From positions 64,001 to 128,000 of IMG/VR virus record IMGVR_UViG_3300038673_000220: DNA of 64,000 nucleotides, one strand, 5' to 3'. This DNA is from a virus (Duplodnaviria > Caudoviricetes). The position numbers were made by a program, and so were the translations under genes. Shown here piece after piece: positions 17,720-27,262 of the stretch; within the stretch, counting starts at the first letter, position 1; each line of letters opens with the position of its first letter. A model generated the notes under the pieces. It saw only the letters and a list, made by a program, of their open reading frames with translations. It did not search any database and was not told the DNA's origin.

Positions 17720-18331
17720 ATGATGGGTTCAGTTATGCCAGCTATAACTCTAAATGCTTGTCCAGGTTTGTCAAGTTTTATAGGAACAGCTGGTACAGAC
17801 GCATTGTTAGCTGATATAAATCGAGATCTGAATAACAGTCAGTTCTTTGGATCTGTAGATGATATCATGTCTGTTGGGAGGCAGATGTTTATTGATAATA
17901 ACATTGTACCGATAAGGGCTATTGAAAATAGCGTTAAGAATCTTGTTGGTATGTTTGAGTATAACGATGTTTATCGAGAGATAACGTCTGAAGAAGATCT
18001 TCAAAGCATTCCTTCTTGTATGCATGATAGCATACTTCGATACAAACCTATCAAGAAGCTTTTTGATGAAGCTCGTATCTTTGGATTCGGATGGGACTAT
18101 GTTCCTGAAGAAGATTGTTATGGTCGGTTAATCAAAAATGGTTTTGTTGAAGATGTTGAAGCTATTATGGATGATAAAGGTGAATTCGAGTTGGAATACA
18201 CTTTCCAATCAGATGATCCAGATTTATCATTCGAAGAACTTGAATGCATCAAGGTGACTAGAGATTATCTTGATTACATCCTCAACGAGACAGACATCGA
18301 TCCAACCGATTACGGAAATAGAAGGTCATAA
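17720..18331 (+). CDS. conserved chimallivirus hypothetical protein (phiKZ gp61-like by synteny)
   Basis: GGAG RBS; acidic; C-terminal DPT motif. Confidence 0.6.
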   Translation: MMGSVMPAITLNACPGLSSFIGTAGTDALLADINRDLNNSQFFGSVDDIMSVGRQMFIDNNIVPIRAIENSVKNLVGMFEYNDVYREITSEEDLQSIPSCMHDSILRYKPIKKLFDEARIFGFGWDYVPEEDCYGRLIKNGFVEDVEAIMDDKGEFELEYTFQSDDPDLSFEELECIKVTRDYLDYILNETDIDPTDYGNRRS

Positions 18332-18339
18332 AAGATACT

Positions 18340-18381
18340 CCATGAGCTGTTATTATTAACAGCTCATGGGACAATATTTTT
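18340..18381 (+). terminator. intrinsic terminator
   Basis: ccatgagctgtta/taacagctcatgg stem, with a T-run 7 nt downstream. Confidence 0.75.
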
Positions 18382-18394
18382 TCGGGAGCAAGAA

Positions 18395-18796
18395 ATGAGT
18401 ACTCCAGTAATACCTACGTTAATGAGTGATATCTCCATGTTAAAACATCCTGTTGATATCATCAAATACGTATTACGTTGGTATATGTATGTTCCTAAGA
18501 ACATCAACGATTCATTAAATGAACAAGAGATATCGTTTCGATATACAGATGCTAAAGTCGGTCATGATCGAGGTATGTTGGCAAATGCTTCGAAAGGTGA
18601 TATCGAAAAAGTTCTAAAAAGGTATTTCCCAAATGGTACTATCGATGTAGCAGTTGCTACATCCGATTATGATACAGTAAGATATGACATAACGTTCGAT
18701 ATCGTTATTGTTAACGAAGGTAAATCTTATTCAATCAGTAGAAGTTTTCGTGTTGATTCTGATGGTTATCTTGTTTATAACTTTGATGGAGAATGA
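18395..18796 (+). CDS. small conserved protein, possibly T4 gp25-like baseplate wedge fold
   Basis: 133 aa; helix followed by RYFP..V.V...Y.I.F.I.I beta pattern. Confidence 0.45.
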   Translation: MSTPVIPTLMSDISMLKHPVDIIKYVLRWYMYVPKNINDSLNEQEISFRYTDAKVGHDRGMLANASKGDIEKVLKRYFPNGTIDVAVATSDYDTVRYDITFDIVIVNEGKSYSISRSFRVDSDGYLVYNFDGE

Positions 18797-20697
18797 TCAT
18801 GGACGATGTCCAGATAACTATAAAAAAGCTCATCGATGAACTTACTGAACATAAGCGTCGGTATTACGACCTTAATGAACCAATCATCTCAGATATTGAA
18901 TACGACGCATTGCATCAGCTCTTTGTCGATTATCAAAAGAAGTATCCAGAAATAGTTGAAGAGATAGGTTGGAAACCTTTTGGTAAAGTTGTTACTCACA
19001 AACACAAGATGCTTTCATTAGAGAGCACTCAAGATCTTTTAGTTGTATTAGGAACATTCATTCACCACAAATGGTTGATTTCATGTGAACCAAAGATCGA
19101 TGGATTGTCATTGGAATTGGTTTATAATGATAAGAACTTAGTATCAGCATCTACTCGTGGTGATGGGAATGAAGGTGAAGATGTTACAGCCAACATTCGA
19201 TTCGTTGAGAGTATTCCGAAGACGATTTCAAACGATGCTTGTATATATGGTGAAATTTATTTGAATAGAGCGGATTTCACTAATATAAACAAAGATCGAA
19301 TGGCTCGAGGAAAATCTCTTTATACGAATTTAAGGAATGCAGCTGCTGGTATTCTGAGATCTTCTGATACAACGAGATACCTCCATTTACTCCAGTTCTT
19401 TCCATACACTGTCAAAGATCATAATCTTGATAGTCAATCTTCAAGCTTTACATGGTTAAAGCTTAATGGTTTCAACACGTTGGATGATTATACTCTCTTA
19501 GCTAAGTATATTTCAGATATCGAAGATTATCATGACCATATGACTGAAATAAGAGAAAAGCTTCCATTTGAGATCGATGGTTTGGTTTTCAAAATAGATG
19601 ATTTCGATCTTCAAGAGAAGATAGGAATGGCATTTACCCATCCAAAATGGGCTATCGCTTTTAAGTTCAAACCAGACCGAGTTTATACTCGGTTGAACGA
19701 TGTTGTATTCCAAGTAGGTAAATCTGGTATCATTGCGCCAGTTGGATTACTTAATCCTGTTCGCATACGTGGAAGCTTAGTTGGAAGAGCTTCTTTGTCA
19801 AATGAATCAACGATAAAGAAAAAAGATATCAGGATAGGTGATATCGTAGCTCTTGAAATGGCTAACGATGTTATCCCTTATATTGCTGAACCATCTATGG
19901 ATGATCGAACTGGTAAAGAAGAAGTGATCGTCTTTCCAAAAGAATGTCCAGAATGCCATCATCCTGTAAGTAAGAATGGTGTTCATTACGTTTGTACGAA
20001 TTATCAATGTCCAGCTCAGGTTATTGGTAAATTGATCAACGCTGTTAAACGAGAAGGGTTCAATATCAAAGGTCTTGGTTATGAAACCATGAACAAGCTA
20101 ATAACGCATGGTTTAATCAAGAACATTGAAGATATTTTCAAATTGGATGATCCTGAGAAGATCTCCATAATGTCCCAATTAAACATTGGTGACAAAGTGA
20201 TTAAAAATCTAATTAACGAGATAAAACGTAAGGTGTGTATACCTATACGTAAGTTCATTTTCGCATTAGGAATACCCAACGTGAGTGTTGCGACATCAGC
20301 TAAATTGGCTGAGTATTTTCATGATGTTAAGCATCTTGTGAAAATGCAACCTTACAATTCAAAAGCCGTTTTATCTAATATCAACTCTGAGACGATTGAA
20401 GCGATCGAAGCTTTTCTGAGAAATTCAGAAAATATAGATATGATCAATCGTATGGTGTATTATATTCGAATAGAACCAGATGATACACCAACATATTCAA
20501 TGAATGTTGCTATTACTGGAAAATTCAACAGACCTAGAAATGAAATAAAGGATCAGTTGAATTCAAAGAATATCAATGTTACGAGTAAGGTGAACAAATC
20601 AACAAGCTATCTTTTATGTGGTGAAAATCCAAGTGAATCTAAGATAACTACTGCAAAAAACCTCAACATTCCGATCGTTGGAATCGACTTCTTTTAG
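18793..20697 (+). CDS. ligA: NAD-dependent DNA ligase
   Basis: YY...P.ISD.EYD, MLSL, adenylation motif EPKIDG, TRGDG..GEDVT, RNAAAG, EIDGLVFK, WAIAFKF, Zn finger CPEC..C....CP, C-terminal BRCT. Confidence 0.97.
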   Translation: MIMDDVQITIKKLIDELTEHKRRYYDLNEPIISDIEYDALHQLFVDYQKKYPEIVEEIGWKPFGKVVTHKHKMLSLESTQDLLVVLGTFIHHKWLISCEPKIDGLSLELVYNDKNLVSASTRGDGNEGEDVTANIRFVESIPKTISNDACIYGEIYLNRADFTNINKDRMARGKSLYTNLRNAAAGILRSSDTTRYLHLLQFFPYTVKDHNLDSQSSSFTWLKLNGFNTLDDYTLLAKYISDIEDYHDHMTEIREKLPFEIDGLVFKIDDFDLQEKIGMAFTHPKWAIAFKFKPDRVYTRLNDVVFQVGKSGIIAPVGLLNPVRIRGSLVGRASLSNESTIKKKDIRIGDIVALEMANDVIPYIAEPSMDDRTGKEEVIVFPKECPECHHPVSKNGVHYVCTNYQCPAQVIGKLINAVKREGFNIKGLGYETMNKLITHGLIKNIEDIFKLDDPEKISIMSQLNIGDKVIKNLINEIKRKVCIPIRKFIFALGIPNVSVATSAKLAEYFHDVKHLVKMQPYNSKAVLSNINSETIEAIEAFLRNSENIDMINRMVYYIRIEPDDTPTYSMNVAITGKFNRPRNEIKDQLNSKNINVTSKVNKSTSYLLCGENPSESKITTAKNLNIPIVGIDFF

Positions 20698-20708
20698 AGG
20701 GAAAGAAA

Positions 20709-20933
20709 ATGTTGAATGATTATGGAAAAAAACTCTTAAAGTTGGGTACTCCAAAAGATTCATTAGAACATGTTGACCCTACTTTAAAGATAACAGAAGG
20801 TATCCCAAATCAATATGACAAAGATACTGGTGGAAACGCTGGGGACTCATTTGAGTTCCCACTATCCGATAAAGAACAGGATCAAATCAATCGTTTACTT
20901 GACCCTATATTCCAATTGAAGGTGGGATCATGA
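20709..20933 (+). CDS. hypothetical protein
   Basis: GAGGG RBS; ATGA overlap with the next ORF. Confidence 0.6.
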   Translation: MLNDYGKKLLKLGTPKDSLEHVDPTLKITEGIPNQYDKDTGGNAGDSFEFPLSDKEQDQINRLLDPIFQLKVGS

Positions 20934-21187
20934 AACACGACCTCATACCTGACATTGTAAATACTGAACGTATCCGGATTGATGAAATCGAACGCGAAGA
21001 ACTTGTATTTGGTGAAGATGATATTATTCGAATAGATGATAGTAAACGAGAAGAACTTACATTCGATAAAAGCGATATCATCGATCTTCACAATTTACAA
21101 AAAAGAAAACGAACCTATAAAAAAGATCCAAATAAGAAGAATAAGAAAAAGATAACTCAATCTTCCAGGAAAAAGAATAGGAGATGA
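20930..21187 (+). CDS. small protein with a duplicated acidic motif and a very basic C-terminal tail
   Basis: IRIDxxxREELxF occurs twice; K/R-rich tail. Confidence 0.65.
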   Translation: MKHDLIPDIVNTERIRIDEIEREELVFGEDDIIRIDDSKREELTFDKSDIIDLHNLQKRKRTYKKDPNKKNKKKITQSSRKKNRR

Positions 21188-21188
21188 A

Positions 21189-21752
21189 ATGGACGCCTTT
21201 AACGAAAAAGAGATGCGTGATATCGATCAATTGCATTCTGAGTTGATGAAAATCGAAGATACTCAGAATAATGTCGATATATCCGAATTCAATTACTATT
21301 CACCGTTATTCAGAAAAGCTGATAACCTTTCTAAAGAAAAGATCAGAGAGCTTTCTGACCAATTCTTTCGAAGATTCAACGTCTATAAACCCATTGTTGT
21401 TTTTCAAGAAGGTGAAGAGATTTTTCGAGTACCCCAACTCTTTATTGAAATCAACGATGTTTCTAAAGAACATACGAATCTCGTTGACAACTTCAGAACG
21501 CATGGAGTATCTGATGTCCCGAAGTATGCTCAGGAAGCAACCTATGGTTTATTAGCAGCTATCCTAAAATCCCAAGAAGATGTGAGTGAAAAAGGCTTCA
21601 AATCGTATGGTGAATACATCAATCATCTTTCAAATGAGTATCGTAGAGATGTTGAGGCTTTCACTCAGGTGAAGGATAACGTACCTGTAGAAAAACAAAG
21701 ATCTCACAAAGATATTGATATTAATGACATTGACGGACTTGTCTGGAAATGA
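21189..21752 (+). CDS. conserved hypothetical protein (phiKZ gp64-like by synteny)
   Basis: AGGAG RBS; FRVPQL motif; directly upstream of the SbcD-like gene. Confidence 0.6.
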   Translation: MDAFNEKEMRDIDQLHSELMKIEDTQNNVDISEFNYYSPLFRKADNLSKEKIRELSDQFFRRFNVYKPIVVFQEGEEIFRVPQLFIEINDVSKEHTNLVDNFRTHGVSDVPKYAQEATYGLLAAILKSQEDVSEKGFKSYGEYINHLSNEYRRDVEAFTQVKDNVPVEKQRSHKDIDINDIDGLVWK

Positions 21753-22855
21753 AATTCATATGTGCATCCGATCTCCACTTTGGGCACCGAAAGGTGCCCA
21801 GTATCGATACGGCAAATAATCTCAGATCATTCCTTTTTCCTCAACTTAATGACACAGTCGATGTTCTATTTTTAAATGGTGACATCTTTGATGCAATGGT
21901 TTCTATCAACAGTATCGATTCAATTATTATCCTTGAACTCTTTACTGATCTTTTATTCCTCTGCGATAAACACAATATCAAGATAAGAATCCTTAGAGGA
22001 ACTTATTCTCATGATCATAAACAGCTTGAGTTTATATCGAAACTCAAATTGAAGCTCAATCTTTCAGTTGATTACAAAATGTATGACACACTTAGCGTTG
22101 AATACATCAAAGAATTCGATAAGAATATCTTGTATTTACCAGATAATCTTCCATTTGGTACTAAGTATGATATGTTCGATCATATCAGTAAGCTTTTTCA
22201 AGTTATCAATATTGATAAAGTTGATTTCATCATGATGCATGGTGAGCTGACGCATATGATTTTCGGACATGTGAGCAAGAACTCATTTGATGTGAGTGAG
22301 TTGAATAGATTCTGTAAAGGTTGGATATTTTCAGGACATATTCACAAACCGCTTAAGTATAAGAATTCTATTTCGATAGGAAGTTTTAATCGGTTAGCTC
22401 ATAATGAAGAAGAATCTAAAGGATTTTGGTTATTTGATCAAAAACCTATATTCATAAAGAACGAAGAAGCTACGATCTTCAAGACGATCAACCTTTCACA
22501 TATAGATGATATCCAGAAGATCATATTAAAATATCAAGAAGAAGTTGATATCCTTGATAAAGATAAAAAATCTTTTATTCGAGTATTGATAAAAGATTCA
22601 CACCTGAAACAAACTCTTAACAAATTCAGCTTGGAATATTATCCTCATGTGGTTTTAACTTTCAAGAATAACATTACAAAAACCACTGAAGAGGATGACT
22701 TTCTTAATAAGAAGTTATTTCATGATAAACACGAATACTTGGAAGCTCCTTCCTTAGAGAATATAGCGTCCATTGTTTTTAACGATCTCCAATCTAAAGG
22801 TCTATTTATTGATATCGAAGAAATTAAACAAATTATCAATGTAGACATATTCTGA
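21749..22855 (+). CDS. SbcD/Mre11-like metallophosphoesterase nuclease
   Basis: SDLHFG, GDIFD, GTYSHD, MMHG, SGHIH and GSFNRL motifs. Confidence 0.92.
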   Translation: MKFICASDLHFGHRKVPSIDTANNLRSFLFPQLNDTVDVLFLNGDIFDAMVSINSIDSIIILELFTDLLFLCDKHNIKIRILRGTYSHDHKQLEFISKLKLKLNLSVDYKMYDTLSVEYIKEFDKNILYLPDNLPFGTKYDMFDHISKLFQVINIDKVDFIMMHGELTHMIFGHVSKNSFDVSELNRFCKGWIFSGHIHKPLKYKNSISIGSFNRLAHNEEESKGFWLFDQKPIFIKNEEATIFKTINLSHIDDIQKIILKYQEEVDILDKDKKSFIRVLIKDSHLKQTLNKFSLEYYPHVVLTFKNNITKTTEEDDFLNKKLFHDKHEYLEAPSLENIASIVFNDLQSKGLFIDIEEIKQIINVDIF

Positions 22856-22863
22856 GGTTTATT

Positions 22864-23700
22864 ATGATTGTCGAAAAAAGAACATATCACCCACTCGTTA
22901 GTGATCTTGAAGAAAAAGTAAGTTATGGTACTTTAGGTATATTGGAAACGTTAGTGCATCATTTTAACGATCAACCTCATCTTAATCGAAAGATCCTTCT
23001 CGTTAATGGTGATACAATTATACGTAATTGTTATCATAAAGATTTACCAGTTAATACGATATACGATAAGATCTCTTTCGATTTTGAAAAGCTCATTTAC
23101 TATTACAGACAATATGTAAATGAAGGAATCGTTATCATCTATTTTCATCCAGGTATATATGGGTTTATACCACAACATCTGCAAAAGAAATTAACACCGT
23201 TACGTGAGAATTTAACAACATTATCCAATGGTGTAATAAGTCTCAACAGTGTTGAATTCAACAAGGTTAGAACCCTCAGTGATGAAAGTGTCAAAGTAGT
23301 AGCTTTGGCTGTAAAAGGTAAGTTTAGTTATAAAAGCTTACTGGAACAGTTTCGATCGTTATTCTTATCGAATAAGATATGGATGATCAGTCATTGTCCG
23401 ATCGATTATTTCTTATTCCAATCATTTGATATTGAACTTATCAATAGCCATACAGGTATCATAATCACTAAAAAAGATCTCGGTAAAAAAGTATTTGGTG
23501 AATCAAATGTACCTTTCAACAAAACATCATTGATGCTCTTTGGTGATAAAGAGTTTATACGACCTTTATGTCGTAATAAACCAAAGGCTTTATTAGAACT
23601 TAAGAGTAATAATATTCATCTTCGTACTGAGAGAGAATTGGCTCAACTTGCTGTGACGAAACTCAAGATAGATAGGAAATCTCTTTTGTGGGATTTCTGA
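22864..23700 (+). CDS. conserved core protein, possibly flap/PIN nuclease-like (phiKZ gp66-like)
   Basis: VNGDTIIRN, SHCPID, SHTG and FGD motifs; synteny. Confidence 0.55.
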   Translation: MIVEKRTYHPLVSDLEEKVSYGTLGILETLVHHFNDQPHLNRKILLVNGDTIIRNCYHKDLPVNTIYDKISFDFEKLIYYYRQYVNEGIVIIYFHPGIYGFIPQHLQKKLTPLRENLTTLSNGVISLNSVEFNKVRTLSDESVKVVALAVKGKFSYKSLLEQFRSLFLSNKIWMISHCPIDYFLFQSFDIELINSHTGIIITKKDLGKKVFGESNVPFNKTSLMLFGDKEFIRPLCRNKPKALLELKSNNIHLRTERELAQLAVTKLKIDRKSLLWDF

Positions 23701-23766
23701 TATTTTTTTACAAGAAAGTCCTATCATATAGGATAAAAATCAACTCTTAAGGAGATTAAAAAGGCT

Positions 23767-24348
23767 ATGGACGATAACGGCAATATTAATAAAGCGATTC
23801 GGTTTTCAACGGATGATTTCAAATACACCGCTGATTTGAGTCTGTATGGAGGTCGAGCAAGTTTTTCTATTTTTGATAATGGGTCAAAAAGTGCTCCAGT
23901 AATTAAAATGCTCTTCAATCAGACATCTGGTGCGCAGATCGTTTTCATCATGAATAAAGTATTGAATGAAAAAGATCTCAGATCACCTATCGAGCAATCC
24001 CATTATCCATACAACCGTGATACTAAAGAAAGCTCATTCAAGAGTTCTTTAGCTATCGGTAGAGATAATGAAGGAGTCATTTTCTTCGATTTCACAAGCG
24101 ATACGCACAAAGATCCTATTCGGTTTTATCCGATAACTGATAAGAGTGTCCGTATCAACGGTATGGAGCTTCCAAAAGTTACATTAACTGAGATGAGCGT
24201 TCGAGCAATCATCAATGTTTTTAACGTGTTACTTAAAGCCAGCTTGTATACAAAAGATCTTCCATTTTCACCGAACGATGGGGGTGGTTCCACTGGAGGT
24301 GGTTTCGTAGATCCGAAATCGTCTGTTGGTGACGACGTCCCGTTTTAA
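23767..24348 (+). CDS. ChmC-like nucleic-acid-binding protein (phiKZ gp67 position)
   Basis: immediately upstream of the gp68-like gene; beta-rich ~170-aa core, Gly linker, C-terminal DDVPF. Confidence 0.55.
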   Translation: MDDNGNINKAIRFSTDDFKYTADLSLYGGRASFSIFDNGSKSAPVIKMLFNQTSGAQIVFIMNKVLNEKDLRSPIEQSHYPYNRDTKESSFKSSLAIGRDNEGVIFFDFTSDTHKDPIRFYPITDKSVRINGMELPKVTLTEMSVRAIINVFNVLLKASLYTKDLPFSPNDGGGSTGGGFVDPKSSVGDDVPF

Positions 24349-24414
24349 TAAACTGCTAAGGAGCTTTGGAATGAAATTAGTCTTAGCTATGCAGTCGGAC
24401 AAATAAACAACTTT

Positions 24415-24448
24415 TCGAGTACTACCGCATAAGGTAGTACTCGATTTT
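24415..24448 (+). terminator. intrinsic terminator
   Basis: tcgagtactacc/ggtagtactcga plus tttt. Confidence 0.85.
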
Positions 24449-24451
24449 CAT

Positions 24452-24469
24452 ATATATATCATAATAAAG
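24452..24469 (+). promoter_or_regulatory. early-type promoter
   Basis: ATATATATCAT-AATAAA-G. Confidence 0.7.
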
Positions 24470-24505
24470 AAGCTTGTATAATTAATATAAAAAGAGGAGT
24501 TGATA

Positions 24506-26116
24506 ATGTCTGTTTCGTACGATTTTCTTAAAAGATATATAGACCCAGATACTGGACAGGTTAATTTCATTGAGATCGATTATGACCCTGAAAAGATTCG
24601 AATTGAAAAGCGTTTGTTCAACATCAGGACTTATGATGTTTTAAGGAAGAACAAATGGGGTAATGTTGATCCAGTTAATCGATTCATCCGTGAGACATTG
24701 GATGAATCTGAATATGACCAACTTGTCCAGCTCTTCGTTAAATGTAAAAGAGAATTGGTTGGAGCTGAAACTGGAGAGAGTATTGTCGACGCAGTTGTTA
24801 AGATCGACAATTATATCTATAAAACCTTTAAGAAATTAGGTATTTCTGCAAGGGTTTTCGATTTCGTTTGTCGGGATCAGTCTATATCTCTTCCTGATTT
24901 TACTAACATAGGTACACGAGATCAGGATACTCCAGAGAAAACTTTCTATGAGGATGATTACCATCTGATCAATACGATCGTTATCATAGCAAAGATGCTT
25001 TGTCCTCTATTTGGTGACATCATCAACCGAATCAAATTAGCAAATGATTCGTATAAAAGTATGAAAGAGATCGTAGCATTTGGTATCATTAATAATATCC
25101 TTCGTGAAGATTTTGAAGTTATTACGAAGAAGCTCATGAATTATATCGGAAAGATGATCGATAGATTCTTATCTGATGATCCGATGATAACTTTCAATGG
25201 TATCACGGCAACAAGCCTGACGAATTACATGTTCGCTAAGATCATCGTTAAGAATTTTACGAATCTTAATTTGTATGAGCCTGATGGAAACGTTATTCGA
25301 TCAGTTTGTGTGACATTAAAGCGGTCTATTGAAAATGAAACAAAAGGTGCTACAAAGCTCATGTATCGTGAGCGTTTTGTACCTGAGACAAGCGATGATG
25401 ATCAGAATACATCGCTTATGGAAAACTCTATCAATACGGTGAATGAACCAGTAGAAACACCCGTAATAGTTCATGAGGCGATTGAGTATTTCATTAGTGA
25501 TTTTCTTGAAAAGAATTCTGTTGATAAAGAGTTCTTTGAAGAACTTGTTCGGTATTATAAAGTAACGATCCTTCAACCAACACCTGTGAATGAGTTGATC
25601 GTTGCTTTGTTTGTGGCTGATCCAATAGGTTCTGCGTATTGTGTAAAATACATGGATATGGATATGATGATTCGTATCATTGTCATCATCCAGATCTACG
25701 CAATGAATATGGGGTTCAAATCGATCATCCCTATCTTGTCACTGATACCAACGAATACTACAAAAACGGAAATAAACGATGCTGATAATCGCATCATTCT
25801 GAATAACGGTCGTGGTAATAATCCGAATATGATTAATTACTTCATTCATTTGAATGAGTGTGTTGGTCATATTAAGGATTGGAACGGTTTCAATTTTACT
25901 GAATATATGAAGATAATCATGATGTATGTCATTGAGAATATTCATATATACAACGTTGCTCCAGGTTTACTAAATATATCTGATACTGGAACAACATACA
26001 AAGGAGACGACGACACACTCAAATACGATGAAAACATCATAGCCGAATTACATAGCTTTATGTACCATCTTCTTAAATTATCCAACGAGGATCGGAGCTT
26101 TGTTAATCAATATTAG
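24506..26116 (+). CDS. non-virion RNAP promoter-specificity subunit (phiKZ gp68-like)
   Basis: about 536 aa; T(F/Y)...DY..L....I..K...P.FG motif; DDQNTSLME; synteny; GAGGAG RBS before the ATG at 24506. Confidence 0.7.
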   Translation: MSVSYDFLKRYIDPDTGQVNFIEIDYDPEKIRIEKRLFNIRTYDVLRKNKWGNVDPVNRFIRETLDESEYDQLVQLFVKCKRELVGAETGESIVDAVVKIDNYIYKTFKKLGISARVFDFVCRDQSISLPDFTNIGTRDQDTPEKTFYEDDYHLINTIVIIAKMLCPLFGDIINRIKLANDSYKSMKEIVAFGIINNILREDFEVITKKLMNYIGKMIDRFLSDDPMITFNGITATSLTNYMFAKIIVKNFTNLNLYEPDGNVIRSVCVTLKRSIENETKGATKLMYRERFVPETSDDDQNTSLMENSINTVNEPVETPVIVHEAIEYFISDFLEKNSVDKEFFEELVRYYKVTILQPTPVNELIVALFVADPIGSAYCVKYMDMDMMIRIIVIIQIYAMNMGFKSIIPILSLIPTNTTKTEINDADNRIILNNGRGNNPNMINYFIHLNECVGHIKDWNGFNFTEYMKIIMMYVIENIHIYNVAPGLLNISDTGTTYKGDDDTLKYDENIIAELHSFMYHLLKLSNEDRSFVNQY

Positions 26117-27206
26117 CTCAGGATTAACGATAAGAGAAGCTGCTTCCATGGGAGAGGTTGATATACCTATCAGCCTTTCCATAGAAGCTGTAAATACTAA
26201 ATCAATCATTCGGAATGGTAGGTATAAAAAAGATCAAAGTACAAGATTCGATTTCATTAAAGAAAACGGTTCTATGGTATTAAATGGAATCTATTTCTAT
26301 ATTGAAATGATCTCTGTTGGAGTAGGTGTAAACCATTATCTTATCATTTTAAGACTGTGGGGTAAATCAACAACGTGTAAAGAATTTCTTGTAACTAAGA
26401 ACATCGAAATATTCAGAAAATCCATACTGAATATGAATATTTTATCATCAACGATAATAGCAAAAATATGTACAACGATCGGTGATGAGAATATGGATGA
26501 TGATCTTGATATGGCTGATTATCAGGCTTTAGGATTCGTTACTGAAAAACTTCCCATTATACCGAATCTAACGCAAAAGGAATACAACCAACTCAATTAC
26601 CTATCTCTATTAACTCAACCAAGATGTACTGATGTCACAAAGATCCTTCTTAACACACTCTATTTTGAAGGATTAACTTCTGTAGATTTGATCAATTTAA
26701 CAACTGGTATTGAACAACCGAACTTCATAAAGAGATGTTATCAGTACCAGCATCAAGCTGATTTTGATATCGATGCGAGTAATATCTTTATGAGGATCAT
26801 TGATATCGGTGTTTTGGATAGTATGATCATCTTAAAGAGGATACCTTATGATTCTTTTAATATCAACATCAATCTCAGAGAATATGATATAACGATCAAC
26901 ACTGTCAACACGTCAGCTGGACCGCTTTTTCCATTTGATTTCAATATGATCTATAACGAAATCGTAGGCATTCTTAATGAATTCGTTATGACTTTCTTGT
27001 ATTGTGAATCGTGTGCGAACGTATTAACGAATCAGGAGTCAGTTGTATATATTGACGATGATACCAAAATCGTCATCGACTCATTAAATATTATTAGAAC
27101 CAATGATGAAATAGTAACAATAACTTTCTATTCAGGAGATTATATTTATTCGAGAAGCTACGATCTGATCATGTTGGCTATGCTGTCCCCTGTCTTAGGG
27201 GAATAA
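26100..27206 (+). CDS. putative nuclear import factor PicA/Imp1 (phiKZ gp69 position)
   Basis: 368 aa directly downstream of the gp68-like gene; called mainly by synteny. Confidence 0.45.
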   Translation: MLINISSGLTIREAASMGEVDIPISLSIEAVNTKSIIRNGRYKKDQSTRFDFIKENGSMVLNGIYFYIEMISVGVGVNHYLIILRLWGKSTTCKEFLVTKNIEIFRKSILNMNILSSTIIAKICTTIGDENMDDDLDMADYQALGFVTEKLPIIPNLTQKEYNQLNYLSLLTQPRCTDVTKILLNTLYFEGLTSVDLINLTTGIEQPNFIKRCYQYQHQADFDIDASNIFMRIIDIGVLDSMIILKRIPYDSFNININLREYDITINTVNTSAGPLFPFDFNMIYNEIVGILNEFVMTFLYCESCANVLTNQESVVYIDDDTKIVIDSLNIIRTNDEIVTITFYSGDYIYSRSYDLIMLAMLSPVLGE

Positions 27207-27213
27207 TCTTTAA

Positions 27214-27231
27214 ATATATATCATATACTGA
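27214..27231 (+). promoter_or_regulatory. early-type promoter
   Basis: ATATATATCAT-ATACTG-A. Confidence 0.65.
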
Positions 27232-27262
27232 AACCTAAAGATCTTTTTAATTGGAGGAGATC

